The notes under the pieces are model-generated. The model was not told where the DNA came from. It did not search any database and saw only the letters and a list, made by a program, of their open reading frames with translations. The translations under genes were made by a program, and so were the position numbers. From Candidatus Eiseniibacteriota bacterium (GTDB lineage Bacteria > Eisenbacteria > RBG-16-71-46), in NCBI GenBank assembly GCA_031364505.1, contig JANLWK010000222.1, positions 1-57,759 of the forward strand: a stretch of DNA of 57,759 bases, written 5' to 3'. This document shows, one piece after another, positions 34,795-44,254 of the stretch; the first letter of the stretch is position 1, and each line of letters begins with the position of its first letter.

Positions 34795-36545
34795 TGCGCT
34801 CGGTCAAACGCGAGCCCGTGCCTTCGGCGTTCGAGGAGGCCCACGCGCTGCGCATGGCGCGCGTGCTCGTCGTCATCCTCGCGCTGCTCGCCGTCGCGCG
34901 GGCGGTGCTCACGTTCGTGCCGACGATGTGGGCGTGGTCGCTCAACCTCCAGCGGTTTCTCGAGCCCGCCATGGCGTGGGGGCCATGGCTGCTCGCGGCC
35001 GCGTCGCTCGTCCCGTCGATCACTCGTCGCGCGGTGCCGTTCATGCAGCGCATCGGCGACGCCATCGCCGATCATCCGATCGCCGCGGGGTGGACGATGG
35101 CCGCGATCGCGGCGTGCTTAGTCGCGGTGTTTCCGGATCGCACGCGCTTCGTCGGCGACTTCCTGTTGCGGCAGGGCACGGTGGAGCAGGGCGGGGCGCC
35201 GTCGCAGTTGTTCCCGCAGGCGCTGCCGCTCGACGTGCTCCTCCACTACCGCCTGCCGCACGTGTTCACGAGCGCGGGAGTGCTCGACGCCAACGGCGCG
35301 GCACGGCTGCTCGGCGCATGCGAAGCGGCGGCGCTGGCCGCGCTCGCCGGGGCTTTCGCCCGCGCACTGGCATTGCGGGGAGTCCCGGCCGCCACGGCCG
35401 CAGCCATCGTATTCTTCGGTGGTTACGTCGGGATCTTCACCGGGTTTGGGAAGGCCTTCGCGGAGCTGGTCCTGGTGGTCGCGGCGCTCGGCGTCCTGGG
35501 TCTCGGCGTCGTCCGCCACGGCCGTGGACTGCTGCCGCTCGGCCTCGTGTTCGCTGCGGCACTCGCGCTTCACCGCTCGGCGCTCGTGACGGTGCCAGCG
35601 GTGGCGATGGCGTGGCGGATCGGCCTGCGCGCCGATCGCGACGCGCGGCGAACGCCACGCCGGTGGCTCGTGCTGTCCATTCCCATCGTGGCGCTGGCCG
35701 TGATGCTGCCCCGGCTCATCGCCATCATGCGCGTGTGGGACGCCGCACACATCGCGCCTCATGACGTTCAGGTCGCGGGCGGCCCGTTGCGTGCGGCTCT
35801 CGCGGGACTGCGTGTTCCCGACATGGCGAACCTCGTCGTGTTCCTCTCGCCACTGTCCGTCGCCGTGGTGCCGCTGTTGTGCGTGGCGCGTGGGGCGAGC
35901 CCGCGCGGGCGGGAGCTGGCATTCCTGCTCGCGTTGAGCCTGCCCATCGTCCTGGCGCTGCCGTTCATTCACCCGGCGCAGGGGCTCTACCGGGACTGGG
36001 ACGACTTCGTGACGTTGGGGGCCGCGACTTCGCTCGTCGCGGCGTGGCTCGTGGCGGAGACCCTGCGCGCCGCACCGCGCTTCGCGTGGGTCGGCGTTGC
36101 GACGTCACTGGCCGTCGCCGCTCCATGCGTGCAGTGGGTGGTTCACTGGGCCGATGCGGACTCGGGGCTCGAACGGGTCGAAGCGTTCATGCGCGAGCCG
36201 CCCGCGCGAACCACGGCCGAGCGCTCGACGACGTGGGACTACCTCGGCATCCGCAATCTCCGGATCGGTCGGCTCGACGCCGCGGCGGCGGCGTTCGCGA
36301 GATCGAGCGAGGCGGCGCCGAACCCGCGCGTCCTCCTCGAGTTGGGCTACGCCGAGCGGGCGCGCGGCGATCTGCGTGGCGCGGCACGCGCGTACCAGCG
36401 CGTCCTCGAACGCGACTCGACGCACGTCGTGGCATGGACGCTGTACGGAACAGCGTCGGCCCAGCTGGGCGACACGCTGGCGGTGGTCGAGGCCGAGGCG
36501 GCGCTGGCGCGACTCGATTCCCTGTCGGCAAGACGCCCGCGCTGA
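34794..36545 (+). CDS. polytopic membrane protein with C-terminal TPR repeats
   Basis: ATG 34794 shares one nt with the upstream TGA (TGATG). About 10 hydrophobic helices are followed by a TPR-like tail (...LELGYAERARGDLRGAARAYQRVLERDSTHVVAW...). Confidence 0.75.
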   Translation: MRSVKREPVPSAFEEAHALRMARVLVVILALLAVARAVLTFVPTMWAWSLNLQRFLEPAMAWGPWLLAAASLVPSITRRAVPFMQRIGDAIADHPIAAGWTMAAIAACLVAVFPDRTRFVGDFLLRQGTVEQGGAPSQLFPQALPLDVLLHYRLPHVFTSAGVLDANGAARLLGACEAAALAALAGAFARALALRGVPAATAAAIVFFGGYVGIFTGFGKAFAELVLVVAALGVLGLGVVRHGRGLLPLGLVFAAALALHRSALVTVPAVAMAWRIGLRADRDARRTPRRWLVLSIPIVALAVMLPRLIAIMRVWDAAHIAPHDVQVAGGPLRAALAGLRVPDMANLVVFLSPLSVAVVPLLCVARGASPRGRELAFLLALSLPIVLALPFIHPAQGLYRDWDDFVTLGAATSLVAAWLVAETLRAAPRFAWVGVATSLAVAAPCVQWVVHWADADSGLERVEAFMREPPARTTAERSTTWDYLGIRNLRIGRLDAAAAAFARSSEAAPNPRVLLELGYAERARGDLRGAARAYQRVLERDSTHVVAWTLYGTASAQLGDTLAVVEAEAALARLDSLSARRPR

Positions 36546-36658
36546 GTTAGATTCCCCGGTATTGCCCCTCCGAGGACGGCGGAGGGCCGCAGCGTCGATT
36601 GGTCACGCCATGTCCCGTCGATAGGTTCCGTCCTACCAGACGTCAGGAGGGTTTCGTG

Positions 36659-37225
36659 ATGCGTCGGACCAGACTCGCCGGTGCGTGTCTCACCGTGTCG
36701 GCCATCGCTCTCGGTGTCCTGTCCTATTCGTGCACGACGAGCCAGCAGAGCGCGACCACGGCACCCAAGGTGGATCCGGTGGTGCGTGGCCGCTACCTCG
36801 TCACGATCATGAGCTGCAATGATTGCCACACGCCCGGGTACTTCTATGGGGCTCCGGATACGATGCGGCGGCTCTCGGGCAGTGACGTCGGCTGGGTCGG
36901 ACCGTGGGGAGTCGTGCACGCCCGCAACCTGACGCCCGACTCGACGACCGGGATCGGATCGTGGACGAGCGACCAGATCGTCACGGCACTGATGACGGGG
37001 GGAACGCCGGACGGCTCGCAGCTCGCGCCGATCATGCCGTGGGGCAACTACTCGGGCATCCTCGATCACGACGACGCGCTGGCGATCGCCGCATATCTCA
37101 AGAGCCTCCCGCCGGTCGGGCACAAGAACCTCGACCGGATTCCGCCGGGACAGAAGCCCACGGGTAACAACGTCACCTTCCCGCCGCCGCCGGCGTGGGA
37201 CGTTCCGCCGCCCGCGCATCCGTGA
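36659..37225 (+). CDS. mono-haem c-type cytochrome, lipoprotein-like N-terminus
   Basis: AGGAGG lies 8 nt upstream of ATG 36659. CNDCH haem-binding motif. Distal Met candidate in APIMPW. Confidence 0.82.
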   Translation: MRRTRLAGACLTVSAIALGVLSYSCTTSQQSATTAPKVDPVVRGRYLVTIMSCNDCHTPGYFYGAPDTMRRLSGSDVGWVGPWGVVHARNLTPDSTTGIGSWTSDQIVTALMTGGTPDGSQLAPIMPWGNYSGILDHDDALAIAAYLKSLPPVGHKNLDRIPPGQKPTGNNVTFPPPPAWDVPPPAHP

Positions 37226-37869
37226 TCGAACCGACTCCCCCTCACGGGGGACAACCGATCGTCCGCTTCGGCGCGCCGCTGCAGGGGGCGCGCGGGGCGG
37301 CGATCATGATTCACGGCCGGGGGGCCGCGCCCAGGAACATCCTCGACCTGGTGCCGGCGATCGGGCACGTGGGAATGGCGTACCTGGCGCCCGCGGCCGC
37401 CGGCGGCACGTGGTACCCGAACAGCTTCATGGCGCCGACCGAAACGAACGAACCGGGCATCACGTCCGGGATCTCGGTCGTACACGCCCTGATCGACGAG
37501 GTGATGGCCGCGGGCATTCAGTCCGATCGCATCGTCCTGCTGGGCTTCTCGCAGGGCGCGTGCCTCGCGTGCACGGCCGCACAGCGGCGTCCCATTCGAT
37601 ACGGCGGCGTCGTGACGTTCACCGGCGGGCTGATCGGGCCGCCGGGCACCGCGTGGAACGAGGGCGGCCGCTTCGACTCGACGCCCGTGTTCCTCGGCTG
37701 CAGCGACCACGACGCGCACGTGCCCGAGTCGCGCGTCCGCGAGACGGCCGCCGTCTTCGAGCGCATGGGGGCCGACGTCACGACGCGCATCTATCCCGGC
37801 ATGGGCCATCTCGTGAACGACGACGAAATCGCCGTGGCCCGGGGACTGATGGCGCGGCTCGTCGCCTAG
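37222..37869 (+). CDS. phospholipase/carboxylesterase-family alpha/beta hydrolase
   Basis: GTG 37222 overlaps the cytochrome stop (GTGA). GFSQGA nucleophile elbow. Downstream D (CSDHDAHVP) and H (GMGHLV). Confidence 0.8.
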   Translation: MIEPTPPHGGQPIVRFGAPLQGARGAAIMIHGRGAAPRNILDLVPAIGHVGMAYLAPAAAGGTWYPNSFMAPTETNEPGITSGISVVHALIDEVMAAGIQSDRIVLLGFSQGACLACTAAQRRPIRYGGVVTFTGGLIGPPGTAWNEGGRFDSTPVFLGCSDHDAHVPESRVRETAAVFERMGADVTTRIYPGMGHLVNDDEIAVARGLMARLVA

Positions 37870-37890
37870 CCTCCCGATCCCCTCGATCCC

Positions 37891-38952
37891 ATGACGCTCG
37901 CGTTCGCGTACGTCCGGCACCCGGTTCGCGTCGTCTTCGGCGCCGGCGTTGTCGCGACGCTGGCATCTGAGCTCGAGCGTCTGGGCGCGGAGCGAGTGCT
38001 GCTGCTCTCGACGCCGGGGCGGGCGGGGGAGCGTGAAGCGGTCGCGTCGGCCCTCGGCGGCCGGCTCGCCGGCCGCTTCGACGCCGCGCGGACGCATGTG
38101 CCGGACGAGATCGTGCGCGACGCCATGGTCCTCGTCGGCAGCGCGAAGCCCGGCGCCCTGCTCACACTCGGCGGCGGCTCGGCGATCGGGCTCGGCAAGG
38201 CGCTCGCCGTGGAGACCGGGCTGCCACTGGCCGCGATTCCCACGACCTACTCGGGCTCCGAGATGACTTCGATCTGGGGCGTCACCGGTGTGGAGACGAA
38301 ACGCACGGGGCGCGATCCGCGCGCCGCGCCGAGGCTGGTGCTCTACGATCCCGAGCTCACCTACGGGCTTCTGCCGGGCGTGAGTGCCGCGAGCGGGATG
38401 AACGCGATCGCCCATTGCGTGGAGGCCGCGTATGCGCACGACGGCGGGCCCGTGTCGCGGCTGCTCGCGATGGACGGCATCCGGCGTTTCGCCCGCGCGC
38501 TGCGCGCCATCATGGCGTCACCGCGGGATCCCGACGCCCGCGCCGAAGCGCTCGCCGGGGCCCATCTCGCCGGGTGCGCCCTGGAGATGACCTCCATGGG
38601 ATTGCACCACAAGCTGGCGCACACGCTGGGCGGCAGCTTCGGCCTGCCGCACGCCGACACGCACGCGGCTCTGCTGCCGTGGGTGATGGAGTACAACGCG
38701 CCGGCCGCGCGGGAGGCGATGGCCGGCATCGCCGCGGCACTCGGGTCGGACGACGCGGTCGCCGGCATGATCGCGCTCGCACGGACATTGCGAACACCGA
38801 GTCTCGCGGATCTCGGATTCACCGCGGAGATGATCCCTCGGGCGGCGGCACTCGCGTGCGCGACGAGCTACCCGAACCCGCGCACGGTCGACGAGCCGGG
38901 CGTGCGGTGGACTTTGGAGCGCGCCCTGGCGGGCGCGGAGTCGGCCGGCTAG
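37891..38952 (+). CDS. maleylacetate reductase (iron-containing alcohol dehydrogenase family)
   Basis: GGGSAIGLGKA, IPTTYSGSEMT and HKLAHTLGGSFGLPHADTHA are typical of maleylacetate reductases. Confidence 0.85.
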   Translation: MTLAFAYVRHPVRVVFGAGVVATLASELERLGAERVLLLSTPGRAGEREAVASALGGRLAGRFDAARTHVPDEIVRDAMVLVGSAKPGALLTLGGGSAIGLGKALAVETGLPLAAIPTTYSGSEMTSIWGVTGVETKRTGRDPRAAPRLVLYDPELTYGLLPGVSAASGMNAIAHCVEAAYAHDGGPVSRLLAMDGIRRFARALRAIMASPRDPDARAEALAGAHLAGCALEMTSMGLHHKLAHTLGGSFGLPHADTHAALLPWVMEYNAPAAREAMAGIAAALGSDDAVAGMIALARTLRTPSLADLGFTAEMIPRAAALACATSYPNPRTVDEPGVRWTLERALAGAESAG

Positions 38953-39500
38953 CGCGCCAGGCGGTCCCGCGTCGCCATCAGAGCTTCGATCGCGTCCGCG
39001 AGGTGCTCCTCGGTGATGTGATGATCGCCCCGTTCGACGCGTAGCCGCTGCGCCGTCATCAGGATGTCGACCGCGCGGTAGCCGTCGGGCGTCTCGAACT
39101 TGTAGCAGGCCAGCTCGACCTTCATGCCGTTCGGGTCCGTGAGATAAATCGAGTCCATGAACCCGCGATCGCGCTGGATGAACTCGATTCCGTGCTCGCG
39201 CAGCCGCGCCGGCACCTGGCTGAACGTCGCCCGCGACACGTTGAACGCCAGGTGCTCGACGCAGCCGGCCTCACGCGGGGCCGGCCGCCCGGCGTCCGCC
39301 CGCTCCTCGTTCGTGAACACCGTGAGCAGGCGCCCATCACCGGGATCGAAGTAGAGATGATTCTCGTCCGGCTTCCCGAGATTCGGCTGCTCGAGCACGA
39401 ACGGCATGCCGAGCACGCCTTGCCAGAAGTCGATCGCGCTCCGGCGCGTGGACCCGACGATCGTGGTGTGATGAACGCCCTGCACCTGGATTGTTTTCAT
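38949..39500 (-). CDS. VOC (glyoxalase/bleomycin-resistance/dioxygenase) family protein
   Basis: ATG 39500 (MKTIQVQGVHHTTIVG...). HLAFNV...DPNGMKVEL. Convergent 4-nt overlap with the maleylacetate reductase gene. Confidence 0.82.
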   Translation of the reverse strand: MKTIQVQGVHHTTIVGSTRRSAIDFWQGVLGMPFVLEQPNLGKPDENHLYFDPGDGRLLTVFTNEERADAGRPAPREAGCVEHLAFNVSRATFSQVPARLREHGIEFIQRDRGFMDSIYLTDPNGMKVELACYKFETPDGYRAVDILMTAQRLRVERGDHHITEEHLADAIEALMATRDRLAR

Positions 39501-39576
39501 GCGGGACTCCGTGGGGGCCACGACCATCGACGCGCGAAGTATGGGACTGCCCGGCCGGGCCGACAACCCGGCGAGA

Positions 39577-41646
39577 CTAGCGACTCATGAGCTCGATCGT
39601 TCCCGCGACGCGCGGATCGCCGGAGCGCCGGTCCTCGGGGATCGCCTGGAGAAGTCGCCGTGATCCCGCCCTGTCGCCGGCCGCGAGGCGAATCCAGGCT
39701 CGATGGGCGTTGGCCACATGTGCGTCGAGACCATGCGCCTCCGCCCGGTCGATGCGCGCTGCCGCGGTCTCGAGCGAGTCGGCCATGATTTCGAGGCGGA
39801 TCGAGCCCACGACGGCGGCTTCGAGGGCGGGATTCATGTCCGCCGCGGCGTGGAGATAGTTCCGCGTGCCGGGGACGTCGCCGCGCGCTTCGCGCCGGGC
39901 CGCCTCGCCGAGCAGGTCCTGGGCGAGCCGCGCGCGAGACGTGCCGGCCGCCGCGAGGAACGCCCGGGCGCTGTCCGCCTTCCCGTTGATCGCGAGCACC
40001 GTCGCGTAGCGAGCGTTGAGCCCACGCGCTTGCGGGGCGAGCTCCACGGCGCGTCGTGCGCTGGTCTGCGCTTCGCGATTCCGGCCCAGGCGGAAGTGCG
40101 CGGTGGCGAGGTCGTCGTAGACGCCCGCGCGCATCAGGCGCGCCGACGGTGTGTCCGAACCACGCAACAGGCCGCGCTCGTCGAGCGCCGTGGCGCGTTC
40201 CAGCCACTCCGCGGCACGCCCGGGGTCGTCCTGGGACAACCACGCCTGGCCGAGCGTCGTCGCGTAGTCCCAGCCGTCCCGGGCCGGATCGTGAGGAACG
40301 AGGGGCTGCAACGCGATCGCGCAGGCGGCGACCACGACCGCGAGGCTCACCGCCATCACGCCTCGGCGCGCGAACGCCGGCGCCGTCCCGGTGAGCGCGA
40401 TGCCCGCGAGCACCGCGAGATAGGGGACGAGATGCAGTCGATATCGATCGACGACGAAGAACATCGACGTTCCGACGGCGAGCGCGGCCACGCATCCGGT
40501 GAGCATGCGCGCCGGCCAGTGGCGTCGCCCCAGGAAGGCGCCGAGGAGGCCGCCGGCCAACAGAGTCACGAACTCCCACCGGATCGGCCATCCCAGTGAT
40601 CCGGCGGCGCGCTCGTACGTCGTGGCGCCGACGATCTGCGGAAGTTCGTCGCGATTGAATAGCAGCCCCAGTTTGAGCAGGAGCAGCCGTGCCTCGCGAC
40701 GCGGGTGTTCGCGCATCCACGCCCATGCCGCCGAGCTCCAGTAGCGGTCGCTCTCCGCGGCGTCGAGCCGCAGGCCCGCCGTGTGCTCGAGGTAGTAGCG
40801 CCCGTCGGCGGAGACGCCACTCCCCGCGCCTCGCGCCGAGGCGGGGTCGGATTCGTCGATGAACGGGACGTAGGTACCGTTCGCGAAAGGGCCATTTCCG
40901 ACGTAGAGGTTGTATCCACCGCTGTACGTGAACGGAATCGGCGCGCCGGCGGACCGCGCGTGGTGGAACGCCGTGAGGACGGCCACGAGCGCCGGGAGTG
41001 CCATGAGCATCGCGGCGGTGCGGAGTCGCGAGGGACTTCGATGGATCAGCGCGAGCCCGTAGGGAACGAGCAGGAGAACGAACACGGGGCGGCCGAGCGC
41101 CATGAGGGCCGTCAGCCCACCGACCGAAGCGGCGGCCATGCGTCCACTCCGCACCGTGAACCACAGTGCCGCGGATCCGAGGAAGAACAGGAGGCTCTCG
41201 CTCAGGACCTGGACGTCGAAGAACACGCTCATGCTGTATCCGGCGAGCACGATGCCGACGATGCCGGCCGCACGCGCGCTGGTGAGCCGGCGGACCGCGT
41301 CGGTCAGGACGACGACGGAGGCGGATCCCAGTACGACCTGCGCGGCGAGCACCGCGCCGATGCGATCGCCGAGCAGTGACCGGACGACCGCGAGCGCGTA
41401 GGGATAGAGAGGACCGAGGAAGAACGGCTGGGCGGGGAGCCAGTGGCCGGCGCGAATCTCGGTCGACCAGTCCCAGTAGATCGCGGAGTCGGCGTTCAGG
41501 TATTCGACGAGAGGAGTGCGCCCGAGTCTGAGCAGTACACCCGCACGCCAGGCGAGCGAGAGTAGGAACAACCCGCACAGGAACCATCGCCATCGGCGCG
41601 GCTCGACCTCGCTGCTGGACCGCCCGGCTCGTTTCGATGGAGGCAT
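39577..41646 (-). CDS. ArnT/PMT-like (GT39/GT83-type) membrane glycosyltransferase candidate with C-terminal TPR repeats
   Basis: 689-aa ORF. N-terminal 420 aa are polytopic (DSAIYWDWS...PFFLGPLYPY...). The C-terminal 250 aa form TPR repeats. Confidence 0.78.
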   Translation of the reverse strand: MPPSKRAGRSSSEVEPRRWRWFLCGLFLLSLAWRAGVLLRLGRTPLVEYLNADSAIYWDWSTEIRAGHWLPAQPFFLGPLYPYALAVVRSLLGDRIGAVLAAQVVLGSASVVVLTDAVRRLTSARAAGIVGIVLAGYSMSVFFDVQVLSESLLFFLGSAALWFTVRSGRMAAASVGGLTALMALGRPVFVLLLVPYGLALIHRSPSRLRTAAMLMALPALVAVLTAFHHARSAGAPIPFTYSGGYNLYVGNGPFANGTYVPFIDESDPASARGAGSGVSADGRYYLEHTAGLRLDAAESDRYWSSAAWAWMREHPRREARLLLLKLGLLFNRDELPQIVGATTYERAAGSLGWPIRWEFVTLLAGGLLGAFLGRRHWPARMLTGCVAALAVGTSMFFVVDRYRLHLVPYLAVLAGIALTGTAPAFARRGVMAVSLAVVVAACAIALQPLVPHDPARDGWDYATTLGQAWLSQDDPGRAAEWLERATALDERGLLRGSDTPSARLMRAGVYDDLATAHFRLGRNREAQTSARRAVELAPQARGLNARYATVLAINGKADSARAFLAAAGTSRARLAQDLLGEAARREARGDVPGTRNYLHAAADMNPALEAAVVGSIRLEIMADSLETAAARIDRAEAHGLDAHVANAHRAWIRLAAGDRAGSRRLLQAIPEDRRSGDPRVAGTIELMSR

Positions 41647-41830
41647 GGCGTCTCCCGTGCGCTCGATCTGTCGCGCGTGCCCATCCTAGGTTATTCTGGG
41701 GCCGGAGCGTCTCCACGGACGGAGGATCCCCGTGTCACATGGAAGTGCGGCAGTATCCGGCGGCCCACGAGCCGTCGAGCCCCCATTGCGCGAGGTGACT
41801 CGCGACCCCGTCGCCCTCGGCGCGGGGCTC

Positions 41831-43258
41831 ATGTCCGACGCCGTTCTCCTCGCGTCCCTCGTGGGGCTGTGCGTCGCGGCGCGGATCGTCCTGTTCTTCA
41901 AGATCCCCTATTGCGCTGAAGACGCGTACATCACGTTCCGGTATGCGTCGAACTGGGCCCACGGCCTCGGGCCCGTCTACAACGCGGGGGAGAAGGCGTG
42001 GGGGTTCACGTCCGCCCTGTGGACGAGCGTGCTGGCGATGGCGGCGTTCGCGCATGCCCCGCTCGAGCTGGCCGCGCGGTGGCTGCTCGTCGCGTGCGAT
42101 GTCGTGACGCTCGTGCTCGGCTGGCGGCTGTTGCGTGAACGCTCGCTCCTCGCGGCGGTGGCGTTCTGCGCGTTCTTCGCGCTGTGGCCACGGCTGGCGC
42201 AGATGCCGGCGTCGGGGCTCGAGAGCAGCCTCGTCACGTGCCTGCTGCTCGCGGCGGTGTCGCTGGGGCGGAGCCGGTGGGGCGGGCTGCTCAACGGCCT
42301 GCTCGCGCTGAGCCGTCCGGAGGGCGCCCTCATGAGCGCGATCCTCGCGTGGCGCCTGTCGGCGCGGCAGCGATGGGTGTGGCTCGGTATCGCGGCACTC
42401 CAGGGCCTGTTCGCGCTGTACTTCGGCCACCTGTTGCCCTCGAGCGTGAGCAGCAAGTCGACCGTGTACGGCATCCAGGCGTTCAAGGGTCTCTACTGGC
42501 TCGAGTGGCTGATCCCCGGCATGCAGGCCGAGACGCTCGATGGGCTGGCGCTCGCGCCCATTTCGCTGCTCATCCTCACGGGCTTGATCGCGGCGGTCGC
42601 GCACTGGCGCCGCGCCACCGATGACTCGCCGTTGCCCGTGCTGTTCGGCTGCGGGTTGCTCGTCCTCACCATCTACATGGTGATGGGCGTGCCGTGGTTC
42701 TACTGGTACGCGCCGACGCCGATGGTCGCGATCCTCGTTCCCGTGTTCTTCGGGCTCGGCATCGCGAACGTCCTGCGCTGGACGCTCGCGCCGCTCGTCG
42801 TGGCGATCGTGTTCTCGTGGGGCAGCCTCTCCGCCCACGTGTTGCGCCGGCAGACGCACGACGTCGCGGTGTTCGCGAACATCGGCCGCACGCTGCGCGC
42901 CGACGCGGCGGGGCGCGACGGCAGCGTGATGCTCGAGCCGATCGGAGTCATCGGCTACCTGAGCGGCCTGCGCGTGATCGATGAGGTGGGACTCGTGACG
43001 CCGTGGGTTGCCGAGGAGCGCCGAAAGGGCGACGGGTGGTACGCGCGCGTCATCTTGCGCGAGCATCCCGACTATGTCGTGATTCGCCGGAACTGGCTCC
43101 AGGGCCGCGTGGCGTGGGCCGGTGTCGGCGCGCCCTTCACGTCGGAAGAGCAGGCGGCGAGCACGATGCGAGAATACGAGCCCGTCCGCATGCGCATCGA
43201 TACCGAAGACCTGCCCGCGGGTGCCGCGGGCCTGCAGTTGCTGCGGCGCAAGCGATAG
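41831..43258 (+). CDS. polytopic membrane protein (GT-C-like; DAYITFRY motif)
   Basis: ATG 41831 (MSDAVLLASLVG...); a GTG at 41732 is the alternative. AEDAYITFRYASNWAHGLGPVYNAGE is followed by about 10 helices and a soluble C-terminal domain. Confidence 0.72.
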   Translation: MSDAVLLASLVGLCVAARIVLFFKIPYCAEDAYITFRYASNWAHGLGPVYNAGEKAWGFTSALWTSVLAMAAFAHAPLELAARWLLVACDVVTLVLGWRLLRERSLLAAVAFCAFFALWPRLAQMPASGLESSLVTCLLLAAVSLGRSRWGGLLNGLLALSRPEGALMSAILAWRLSARQRWVWLGIAALQGLFALYFGHLLPSSVSSKSTVYGIQAFKGLYWLEWLIPGMQAETLDGLALAPISLLILTGLIAAVAHWRRATDDSPLPVLFGCGLLVLTIYMVMGVPWFYWYAPTPMVAILVPVFFGLGIANVLRWTLAPLVVAIVFSWGSLSAHVLRRQTHDVAVFANIGRTLRADAAGRDGSVMLEPIGVIGYLSGLRVIDEVGLVTPWVAEERRKGDGWYARVILREHPDYVVIRRNWLQGRVAWAGVGAPFTSEEQAASTMREYEPVRMRIDTEDLPAGAAGLQLLRRKR

Positions 43259-43287
43259 GCTCGGCGCACTCTCGAGAGGACCATTCG

Positions 43288-44217
43288 ATGCCATCCGTGA
43301 AGACGCGACCCATTGCCGTGCGACAGGCGCGCCCCGACGACATGCTCGGCTGCGCGCGCGTGTTCGTTCGGTCATCGACCGACCTGGGCCGCCGCCAGGG
43401 GAGCGTGCTGCCACCCGCGCGGCCGCGCGATGTGGTGCCCGCGCTCGCGCACCTGCAGCGAACCGATCCGCGCGGCTTCCACGTCGCCACGCAGGGCGGG
43501 CGCGTCGTGGCGTTTGCGTCGACGATCCTGCGCGGCAACGTTCACTTCCTCTCGATGTTCTGGACGCTGCCGACACTTCAGAACCGGGGCGTCGGCCGGC
43601 GGTTGCTGACGCGGGCATTCGAGCAACCGAAGCCGCCGGCCTCGGCGGTGCGCTGCGTGTTCGCATCGCTCGACACGCGCGCCCAGGCGCTGTACCTCAA
43701 GTTCGGCATGTATCCGCGCGGCATGTTCTACATGGTCAAGGGCAAGCCGAAGCGGTCGCCGCGCCCGAAGCGTGCCGTCCAGCTCGTGCAGGTGGGCGAG
43801 GTGAGCAAGGTGTCGCGCGAGATGCTCGCGATCGCGGCGCGGTTCGACCGCGTGTTTCGCGCCTCGCGCCGCGACGAGGACATCCGGTTCGTGATGGGTT
43901 CGCCGGGTGCGCGCTTCTTCCGCGTGCGCGCGGGCCGGTCCGACATCGGCTACGCCATCGCCAACGAGAAGGGTCGCATCGGGCCCGCCGGCGTCGTCGA
44001 TCCGCGATACGCGGCGGGGCTCATGTGGGCGATCAAGGAAGCCGTCCGCGGGATGGGCGCCGAAGGCACGATCTCGATCGTGCCGGGCGTGAACGCGGGG
44101 GCGCTCGACGTGCTGTTCGGCGCGGGCTTGCGCACGGAGTTCTTCGGCGCCTGGATGTCGGCGAAGCCGGTCGGAGCGTTCGAGGGCTACGTGCTCGCGG
44201 GCGGCATGTTGTTGTAG
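43288..44217 (+). CDS. GNAT-family N-acetyltransferase with C-terminal extension
   Basis: ATG 43288 follows GAGAGGA. Acetyl-CoA motif LQNRGVGRRLL. Confidence 0.78.
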   Translation: MPSVKTRPIAVRQARPDDMLGCARVFVRSSTDLGRRQGSVLPPARPRDVVPALAHLQRTDPRGFHVATQGGRVVAFASTILRGNVHFLSMFWTLPTLQNRGVGRRLLTRAFEQPKPPASAVRCVFASLDTRAQALYLKFGMYPRGMFYMVKGKPKRSPRPKRAVQLVQVGEVSKVSREMLAIAARFDRVFRASRRDEDIRFVMGSPGARFFRVRAGRSDIGYAIANEKGRIGPAGVVDPRYAAGLMWAIKEAVRGMGAEGTISIVPGVNAGALDVLFGAGLRTEFFGAWMSAKPVGAFEGYVLAGGMLL

Positions 44218-44254
44218 GCCAGCCGATTCCCACGCTGGCTTCGCGCGATCTCTC

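Noticed and set aside
39497-41716. 739-aa minus-strand ORF in a different frame overlapping 39577..41646.
   Set aside because: Arg/Pro/Gly-rich with no hydrophobic helices. The 689-aa frame gives a coherent polytopic + TPR protein.
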